Below, piece after piece: positions 50,701 through 61,697 of a stretch of 64,000 nt of DNA. A program made the position numbers and the translations under genes. The notes below the pieces were generated by a model. That model had not been told where the DNA came from. It made no database searches and worked only from the letters and a program-made list of their open reading frames with translations. The DNA comes from Eledone cirrhosa. Its lineage: Eukaryota. The stretch lies in the NCBI GenBank assembly GCA_964016885.1, contig OZ024740.1, positions 304,358,001 through 304,422,000 of the forward strand, read 5' to 3'. Positions within the stretch are counted from its first letter, which is position 1, and every line of letters starts with the position of its first letter.

Positions 50701-53700
50701 ATTGGTATAAAGTTGGGAATAGAAATATATTAGTGTAAAGTTGGAATAGAAATATATTGGTGTAAAGTTGGAATAGAAATATATTGGTGTAAAGTTGGAA
50801 TAGAAATATATTGGTGTAAAGTTGGAATAGAAATATATTGGTGTAAAGTTGGAATAGAAATATATTGGTGTAAAGTTGGAAGTAGAAATATATTGGTGTA
50901 AATTTGGGAATAGAAATATATTGGTGTAAAGTTGGAAATAGAAATATATTGGTGTAAAGTTGGAATAGAAATATATTGGTGTAAAGTTGGGAATAGAAAT
51001 ATATTGGTGTAAAGTTGGAATAGAAATATATTGGTGTAAAGTTGGGAATAGAAATATATTGGTGTAAAGTTGGAAATAGAAATATATGTGGTGTAAAGTT
51101 GGAATAGAAATATATTGGTGTAAAGTTGGGAATAGAAATATATTGGTGTAAAGTTGGAATAGAAATACATTGGTGTAAAGTTGGAATAGAAATATATTGG
51201 TGTAAAGTTGGGAATAGAAATATATTGGTGTAAAGTTGGAATAGAAATATATTGGTGTAAAGTTGGATTAGAAATATATTGGAGTAAAGTTGGAATAGAA
51301 ATATATTGGAGTAAAGTTGGAATAGAAATATATTGGTGTAAAGTTGGGAATAGAAATATATTGGAGTAAAGTTGGAATAGAAATATATTGGTGTAAAGTT
51401 GGATTAGAAATATATTGGAGTAAAGTTGGAATAGAAATATATTGGAGTAAAGTTGGAATAGAAATATATTGGTGTAAAGTTGGAATAGAAATATATTGGT
51501 GTAAAGTTGGAATAGAAATATATTGGTGTAAAGTTGGGAATAGAAATATATTGGTGTAAAGTTGGAATAGAAATATATTGGTGTAAAGTTGGAATAGAAA
51601 TATATTGGTGTAAAGTTGGAACAGAAATATATTGGTGTAAAGTTGGAATAGAAATATATTGGTGTAAAGTTGGAATAGAAATATATTGGTGTAAAGTTGG
51701 AATAGAAATATGTTGGTGTAAATTTGGAATAGAAATATAATGGTGTAAAGTTGGAATAGAAAGATAGTGGAGTAAAGTTGGGAATAGAAATATATTGGTG
51801 TAAAGTTGGGAATAGAAATATATTGGTATAAAGTTGGGAATAGAAATATATTGGTGTAAAATTGGGAATAGAAATATATTGGTATAAAGTTGGGAATAGA
51901 AATATATTGGTGTAAAGTTGGAATAGAAATATAATGGTGTAAAGTTGGAATAGAAATATATTGGAGTAAAGTTGGGAATAGAAATATATTGGTGTAAAGT
52001 AGGAATAGAAATATAATGGTGTAAAGTTGGAATAGAAATATATTGGAGTAAAGTTGGGAATAGAAATATATTGGTGTAAAGTTGGGAATAGAAATATATT
52101 GGTATAAAGTTGGGAATAGAAATATATTGGTGTAAAGTTGGGAATAGAAATATATTGGTATAAAGTTGGGAATAGAAATATATTGGTGTAAAGTTGGAAT
52201 AGAAATATATTGGTGTAAAGTTGGGAATAGAAATATATTGGTGTAAGGTTGGAATAGAAATATATTAGTGTAAAGTTGGAATAGAAATATATTGGTGTAA
52301 AGTTGGAATAGAAATATATTGGTGTAAAGTTGGAATAGAAATATATTGGTGTAAAGTTGGAATAGAAATATATTGGTGTAAAGTTGGAATAGAAATATAT
52401 TGGTGTAAAGTTGGAATAGAAATATATTGGTGTAAAGTTGGAATAGAAATATATTGGTGTAAAGTTGGAATAGAAATATGTTGGTGTAAATTTGGAATAG
52501 AAATATAATGGTGTAAATTTGGAATAGAAAGATAGTGGAGTAAAGTTGGGAATAGAAATATATTGGTGTAAAGTTGGGAATAGAAATATATTGGTATAAA
52601 GTTGGGAATAGAAATATATTGGTGTAAAATTGGGAATAGAAATATATTGGTATAAAGTTGGGAATAGAAATATATTGGTGTAAAGTTGGAATAGAAATAT
52701 AATGGTGTAAAGTTGGAATAGAAATATATTGGTGTAAAGTTGGGAATAGAAATATATTGGTGTAAAGTAGGAATAGAAATATAATGGTGTAAAGTTGGAA
52801 TAGAAATATATTGGAGTAAAGTTGGGAATAGAAATATATTGGTGTAAAGTTGGGAATAGAAATATATTGGTATAAAGTTGGGAATAGAAATATATTGGTG
52901 TAAAGTTGGGAATAGAAATATATTGGTATAAAGTTGGGAATAGAAATATATTGGTGTAAATTTGGAATAGAAATATATTGGTGTAAAGTTGGAATAGAAA
53001 TATAATGGTGTAAAGTTGGAATAGAAATATATTGGAGTAAAGTTGGGAATAGAAATATATTGGTGTAAAGTTGGAATAGAAATATATTGGTGTAAAGTTG
53101 GGAATAGAAATATATTGGTGTAAGGTTGGAATAGAAACATATTAGTGTAAAGTTGGAATAGAAATATATTGGTGTAAAGTTGGAATAGAAATATATTGGT
53201 GTAAATTTGGAATAGAAATATATTGGTGTAAAGTTGGAATAGAAATATATTGGTGTAAAGTTGGAATAGAAATATATTGGTGTAAAATTGGAAATAGAAA
53301 TATATTGGTGTAAATTTGGGAATAGAAATATATTGGTGTAAAGTTGGAAATAGAAATATATTGGTGTAAAGTTGGAATAGAAATATATTGGTGTAAAGTT
53401 GGGAATAGAAATATATTGGTGTAAAGTTGGAATAGAAATATATTGGTGTAAAGTTGGGAATAGAAATATATTGGTGTAAAGTTGGAAATAGAAATATATG
53501 TGGTGTAAAGTTGGAATAGAAATATATTGGTGTAAAGTTGGGAATAGAAATATATTGGTGTAAAGTTGGAATAGAAATACATTGGTGTAAAGTTGGAATA
53601 GAAATATATTGGTGTAAAGTTGGGAATAGAAATATATTGGTGTAAAGTTGGAATAGAAATATATTGGTGTAAAGTTGGATTAGAAATATATTGGAGTAAA

Positions 53701-56700
53701 GTTGGAATAGAAATATATTGGAGTAAAGTTGGAATAGAAATATATTGGTGTAAAGTTGGGAATAGAAATATATTGGAGTAAAGTTGGAATAGAAATATAT
53801 TGGTGTAAAGTTGGATTAGAAATATATTGGAGTAAAGTTGGAATAGAAATATATTGGAGTAAAGTTGGAATAGAAATATATTGGTGTAAAGTTGGAATAG
53901 AAATATATTGGTGTAAAGTTGGAATAGAAATATATTGGTGTAAAGTTGGGAATAGAAATATATTGGTGTAAAGTTGGAATAGAAATATATTGGTGTAAAG
54001 TTGGAATAGAAATATATTGGTGTAAATTTGGAATAGAAATATATTGGTGTAAAGTTGGAATAGAAATATATTGGTGTAAAGTTGGAATAGAAATATATTG
54101 GTGTAAAGTTGGAATAGAAATATGTTGGTGTAAATTTGGAATAGAAATATAATGGTGTAAAGTTGGAATAGAAAGATAGTGGAGTAAAGTTGGGAATAGA
54201 AATATATTGGTGTAAAGTTGGGAATAGAAATATATTGGTATAAAGTTGGGAATAGAAATATATTGGTGTAAAATTGGGAATAGAAATATATTGGTATAAA
54301 GTTGGGAATAGAAATATATTGGTGTAAAGTTGGAATAGAAATATAATGGTGTAAAGTTGGAATAGAAATATATTGGAGTAAAGTTGGGAATAGAAATATA
54401 TTGGTGTAAAGTAGGAATAGAAATATAATGGTGTAAAGTTGGAATAGAAATATATTGGAGTAAAGTTGGGAATAGAAATATATTGGTGTAAAGTTGGGAA
54501 TAGAAATATATTGGTATAAAGTTGGGAATAGAAATATATTGGTGTAAAGTTGGGAATAGAAATATATTGGTATAAAGTTGGGAATAGAAATATATTGGTG
54601 TAAATTTGGAATAGAAATATATTGGTGTAAAGTTGGAATAGAAATATAATGGTGTAAAGTTGGAATAGAAATATATTGGAGTAAAGTTGGGAATAGAAAT
54701 ATATTGGTGTAAAGTTGGAATAGAAATATATTGGTGTAAAGTTGGGAATAGAAATATATTGGTGTAAGGTTGGAATAGAAATATATTAGTGTAAAGTTGG
54801 AATAGAAATATATTGGTGTAAAGTTGGAATAGAAATATATTGGTGTAAAGTTGGAATAGAAATATATTGGTGTAAAGTTGGAATAGAAATATATTGGTGT
54901 AAAGTTGGAATAGAAATATATTGGTGTAAAGTTGGAATAGAAATATATTGGTGTAAAGTTGGAAATAGAAATATATTGGTGTAAATTTGGGAATAGAAAT
55001 ATATTGGTGTAAAGTTGGAAATAGAAATATATTGGTGTAAAGTTGGAATAGAAATATATTGGTGTAAATTTGGGAATAGAAATATATTGGTGTAAAGTTG
55101 GGAATAGAAATATATTGGTGTAAAGTTGGGAATAGAAATATATTGGTGTAAAGTTGGAATAGAAATATATTGGAGTAAAGTTGGAATAGAAATATATTGG
55201 TGTAAAGTTGGGAATAGAAATATATTGGTGTAAAGTTGGGAATAGAAATATATTGGTGTAAAGTTGGAATAGAAATATATTGGTGTAAAGTTGGGAATAG
55301 AAATATATTGGTGTAAAGTTGGGAATAGAAATATATTGGTGTAAAGTTGGGAATAGAAATATATTGGTGTAAAGTTGGAATAGAAATATATTGGAGTAAA
55401 GTTGGGAATAGAAATATATTGCTGTAAAGTTGGAATAGAAATATATTGGAGTAAAGTTGGGAATAGAAATATATTGGTGTAAAGTTTGAATAGAAATATA
55501 TTGGTGTAAAGTTGGAATAGAAATATATTGGTGTAAAGTTGGGAATAAAATATATTGGAGTAAAGTTGGGAATAGAAATATATTGGTGTAAATTTGGAAT
55601 AGAAATATATTGGTGTAAAGTTGGGAATAGAAATATATTGGCATAAAGTTGGGAATAAAAATATATTGGCGTAAAGTTGGGAATAAAAATATATTGGTGT
55701 AAAGTTGGGAATAGAAATATATTGGTGTAAAGTTGGGAATAGAAATATATTGGAGTAAAGTTGGGAATAAAAATATAATGGAGTAAAGTTGGGAATAGAA
55801 ATATATTGGAGTAAAGTTGGGAATAGAAATATATTGGTGTAAAGTTGGAATAGAAATATATTGGTGTAAAGTTGGAATAGAAATATATTGGAGTAAAGTT
55901 GGAATAGAAATATATTGGTGTAAAGTTGGGAATAGAAATATATTGGTATAAAGTTGGGAATAGAAATATAATGGTGTAAAATTGGGAATAGAAATATATT
56001 GGTATAAAGTTGGGAATAGAAATATATTGGTGTAAAGTTGGAATAGAAATATAATGGTGTAAAGTTGGAATAGAAATATATTGGAGTCAATTTGGGAATA
56101 GAAATATATTGGTGTAAAGTTGGAATAGAAATATAATGGTGTAAAGTTGGAATAGAAATATATTGGAGTAAAGTTGGGAATAGAAATATATTGGTGTAAA
56201 GTTGGGAATAGAAATATATTGGTATAAAGATGGGAATAGAAATATATTGGTGTAAAGTTGGGAATAGAAATATATTGGTATAAAGTTGGGAATAGAAATA
56301 TATTGGTGTAAATTTGGAATAGAAATATATTGGTGTAAAGTTGTAATAGAAATATAATGGTGTAAAGTTGGAATAGAAATATATTGGAGTAAAGTTGGAA
56401 TAGAAATATATTGGTGTAAAGTTGGGAATAGAAATATATTGGCGTAAAGTTGGGAATAAAAATATATTGGCGTAAAGTTGGGAATAAAAATATATTGGTG
56501 TAAGGTTGGAATAGAAATATATTAGTGTAAAGTTGGAATAGAAATATATTGGTGTAAAGTTGGAATAGAAATATATTGGTGTAAAGTTGGAATAGAAATA
56601 TATTGGTGTAAAGTTGGAATAGAAATATATTGGTGTAAAGTTGGAATAGAAATATATTGGTGTAAAGTTGGAAATAGAAATATATTGGTGTAAATTTGGG

Positions 56701-59700
56701 AATAGAAATATATTGGTGTAAAGTTGGAAATAGAAATATATTGGTGTAAAGTTGGAATAGAAATATATTGGTGTAAAGTTGGGAATAGAAATATATTGGT
56801 GTAAAGTTGGGAATAGAAATATATTGGTGTAAAGTTGGGAATAGAAATATATTGGTGTAAAGTTGGAATAGAAATATATTGGAGTAAAGTTGGAATAGAA
56901 ATATATTGGTGTAAAGTTGGGAATAGAAATATATTGGTGTAAAGTTGGGAATAGAAATATATTGGTGTAAAGTTGGAATAGAAATATATTGGTGTAAAGT
57001 TGGGAATAGAAATATATTGGTGTAAAGTTGGGAATAGAAATATATTGGTGTAAAGTTGGGAATAGAAATATATTGGTGTAAAGTTGGAATAGAAATATAT
57101 TGGAGTAAAGTTGGGAATAGAAATATATTGCTGTAAAGTTGGAATAGAAATATATTGGAGTAAAGTTGGGAATAGAAATATATTGGTGTAAAGTTTGAAT
57201 AGAAATATATTGGTGTAAAGTTGGAATAGAAATATATTGGTGTAAAGTTGGGAATAAAATATATTGGAGTAAAGTTGGGAATAGAAATATATTGGTGTAA
57301 ATTTGGAATAGAAATATATTGGTGTAAAGTTGGGAATAGAAATATATTGGCATAAAGTTGGGAATAAAAATATATTGGCGTAAAGTTGGGAATAAAAATA
57401 TATTGGTGTAAAGTTGGGAATAGAAATATATTGGTGTAAAGTTGGGAATAGAAATATATTGGAGTAAAGTTGGGAATAAAAATATAATGGAGTAAAGTTG
57501 GGAATAGAAATATATTGGTGTAAAGTTGGAATAGAAATATATTGGTGTAAAGTTGGAATAGAAATATATTGGTGTAAAGTTGGAATAGAAATATATTGGT
57601 GTAAAGTTGGAATAGAAATATATTGGTGTAAAGTTGGAATAGAAATATATTGGTGTAAAGTTGGAAATAGAAATATATTGGTGTAAATTTGGGAATAGAA
57701 ATATATTGGTGTAAAGTTGGAAATAGAAATATATTGGTGTAAAGTTGGAATAGAAATATATTGTTGTAAAGTTGGGAATAGAAATATATTGGTGTAAAGT
57801 TGGGAATAGAAATATATTGGTGTAAAGTTGGGAATAGAAATATATTGGTGTAAAGTTGGAATAGAAATATATTTGAGTAAAGTTGGGAATAGAAATATAT
57901 TGGTGTAAAGTTGGAATAGAAATATATTGGAGTAAAGTTGGGAATAGAAATATATTGGTGTAAAGTTTGAATAGAAATATATTGGTGTAAAGTTGGAATA
58001 GAAATATATTGGTGTAAAGTTGGGAATAAAATATATTGGAGTAAAGTTGGGAATAGAAATATATTGGTGTAAAGTTGGAATAGAAATATATTGGTGTAAA
58101 GTTGGGAATAGAAATATATTGGCGTAAAGTTGGGAATAAAAATATATTGGCGTAAAGTTGGGAATAAAAATATATTGGTGTAAAGTTGGGAATAGAAATA
58201 TATTGGTGTAAAGTTGGGAATAGAAATATATTGGAGTAAAGTTGGGAATAAAAATATAATGGAGTAAAGTTGGGAATAGAAATATATTGGTGTAAAGTTG
58301 GAATAGAAATATATTGGTGTAAAGTTGGAATAGAAATATATTGGTGTAAAGTTGGGAATAGAAATATATTGGAGTAAAGTTGGGAATAGAAATATATTGG
58401 TGTAAAGTTGGAATAGAAATATAATGGTGTAAAGTTGGGAATAGAAATATATTGGAGTAAAGTTGGGAATAGAAATATATTGGTGTAAAGTTGGAATAGA
58501 AATATAATGGTGTAAAGTTGGAATAGAAATATATTGGAGTAAAGTTGGGAATAGAAATATATTGGTGTAAAGTTGGAATAGAAATATATTCGTGTAAAGT
58601 TGGGAATAGAAATACATTGGTATAAAGTTGGGAATAGAAACATATTGGTGTAAAGTTGGAATAGAAATATATTGGTGTAAAGTTGGGAATAGAAATATAT
58701 TGGTATAAAGTTGGGAATAGAAATATATTGGTGTAAAGTTGGGAATAGAAATATATTGGTATAAAGTTGGGAATAGAAATATATTGGTGTAAAGTTGGAA
58801 TAGAAATATATTGGTGTAAAGTTGGGAATAGAAATATATTGTTGTAAAGTTGGAATAGAAATATATTGGTGTAAAGTTGGGAATAGAAATATATTGGTAT
58901 AAAGTTGGGAATAGAAATATATTGGTGTAAAGTTGGGAATAGAAATATATTGGTGTAAAGTTGGAATAGAAATATATTGGTGTAGAGTTGGAATAGAAAT
59001 ATAATGGTGTAAAGTTGGAATAGAAATATATTGGAGTAAAGTTGGGAATAGAAATATATTGGTGTAAAGTTGGAATAGAAATATATTGGTGTAAAGTTGG
59101 GAATAGAAATATATTGGTGTAAGGTTGGATTAGAAATATATTGGTGTAAAGTTGGAATAGAAATATATTGTTGTAAAGTTGGAATAGAAATATATTGGTG
59201 TAAACTTGGAATAGAAATATATTGGTGTAAAGTTGGAATAGAAATATATATGTGTAAAGTTGGGAACAGAAATATATTGGTGTAAAGTTGGGAATAGAAA
59301 TATACTGGTGTAAAGTTGGAATAGAAATATATTGGTGTAAAGTTGGAATAGAAATATATTGGAGTAAAGTTGGAATAGAAATATATTGGTGTAAAGTTGG
59401 AATAGAAATATATTGGTGTAAAGTTGGAATAGAAATATATCGGTGTAACGTTGGAATAGAAATATATTGGTGTAAATTTGGAATAGAAATATATTGGAGT
59501 AAAGTTGGAATAGAAATATATTGGAGTAAATTTGGAATAGAAATATATTGGTGTAAAGTTGGAATAGAAATATATTGGTGTAAAGTTGGAATAGAAATAT
59601 ATTGGTGTAAAGTTGGGAATAGAAATATATTGGCGTAAAGTTGGGAATAAAAATATATTGGCGTAAAGTTGGGAATAAAAATATATTGGTGTAAAGTTGG

Positions 59701-61697
59701 GAATAGAAATATATATTTGTGTAAAGTTGGGAATAGAAATATATTGGAGTAAAGTTGGGAATAAAAATATAATGGAGTAAAGTTGGGAATAGAAATATAT
59801 TGGTGTAAAGTTGGAATAGAAATATATTGGTGTAAAGTTGGAATAGAAATATATTGGTGTAAAGTTGGGAATAGAAATATATTGGAGTAAAGTTGGGAAT
59901 AGAAATATATTGGTGTAAAGTTGGAATAGAAATATAATGGTGTAAAGTTGGAATAGAAATATATTGGAGTAAAGTTGGGAATAGAAATATATTGGTGTAA
60001 AGTTGGGAATAGAAATATATTGGTATAAAGTTGGGAATAGAAATATATTGGTGTAAAGTTGGGAATAGAAATATATTGGTATAAAGTTGGGAATAGAAAT
60101 ATATTGGTGTAAAGTTGGAATAGAAATATATTGGTGTAAAGTTGGGAATAGAAATATATTGTTGTAAAGTTGGAATAGAAATATATTGGTGTAAAGTTGG
60201 GAATAGAAATATATTGGTATAAAGTTGGGAATAGAAATATATTGGTGTAAAGTTGGAATAGAAATATATTGGTGTAAAGTTGGAATAGAAATATAATGGT
60301 GTAAAGTTGGAATAGAAATATATTGGAGTAAAGTTGGGAATAGAAATATATTGGTGTAAAGTTGGAATAGAAATATATTGGTGTAAAGTTGGGAATAGAA
60401 ATATATTGGTGTAAGGTTGGAATAGAAATATATTGGTGTAAAGTTGGAATAGAAATATATTGGTGTAAAGTTGGAATAGAAATATATTGGTGTAAACTTG
60501 GAATATAAATATATTGGTGTAAAGTTGGAATAGAAATACATATGTGTAAAGTTGGAATAGAAATATATTGGTGTAAAGTTGGGAATAGAAATATATTGGT
60601 GTAAAGTTGGGAATAAAAATATATTGGTGTAAAGTTGGGAATAGAAATATATTGGTGTAAAGTTGGAAATAGAAATATATTGGTGTAAAGTTGGAATAGA
60701 AATATATTGGTGTAAAGTTGGGAATAGAAATATATTGGTGTAAAGTTTGGAATAAAAATATATTGGTGTAAAGTTGGGAATAGAAATATATTGGTGTAAA
60801 GTTGGAATAGAAATATACATGTGTAAAGTTGGGAATAGAAATATATTGGTGTAAAGTTGGAATAGAAATATATTGGTGTAAATTTGGAATAGAAATATAT
60901 TGGAGTAAATTTGGAATAGAAATATATTGGAGTAAACTTGGAATAGAAATATATTGGTGTAAAGTTGGGAATAGAAATATATTGGTGTAAAGTTGGAATA
61001 GAAATATATTGGTGTAAGTTGGGAATAGAAATATATTGGTGTAAAGTTGGAATAGAAATATATTGGTGTAAAGTTGGGAATAGAAATATATTGGTGTAAA
61101 GTTGGTATAGAAATATATTGGTGTAAAGTTGGGAATAGAAATATATTGGTGTAAAGTTTGGGAATAGAAATATATTGGTGTAAAGTTGGTATAGAAATAT
61201 ATTGGTGTAAAGTTGGTATAGAAATATATTGGTGTAAAGTTGAGAATAGAAATATATTGGTGTAAAGTTGGAATAGAAATATATTGGTGTAAAGTTGGGA
61301 ATAGAAATATATTGGTGTAAAGTTGGGAATAGAAATATATTGGTGTAAAGTTGGGAATAGAAATATATTGGTGTAAAGTTGGGAATAGAAATATATTGGT
61401 GTAAAGTTTGGGAATAGAAATATACTGGTGTAAAGTTGGAATAGAAATATATTGGTGTAAAGTTGGAATAGAAATATATTGGTGTAAAGTTGGAATAGAA
61501 ATATATCGGTGTAAAGTTGGAATAGAAATATATTGGTGTAAATTTGGAATAGAAATATATTGGAGTAAAGTTGGAATAGAAATATATTGGAGTAAAGTTG
61601 GAATAGAAATATATTGGTGTAAAGTTGGAATAGAAATATATTGGAGTAAAGTTGGAATAGAAATATATTGGTGTAAAGTTGGAATAGAAATATATTG
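35748..61697. repeat. ~26-kb tandem array of 27/28-bp units GGAATAGAAATATATTGGTGTAAAGTT(G), roughly 940-950 copies, with higher-order repeats
   Basis: Read directly; the + strand is almost C-free. Variant markers recur at ~6747, 4210, 3320, 2412 and 1709 bp spacings. Confidence 0.98.

Noticed and set aside
35748-61697. CRISPR array
   Set aside because: Units are head-to-tail with no unique spacers, there are no cas genes, and the context is eukaryotic.
35748-61697. Canonical telomere or budding-yeast-type (TGGTGT-core) telomeric repeat
   Set aside because: No TTAGGG; the shared TGGTGTA is too short to be meaningful; chromosome-end position cannot be seen in this window.
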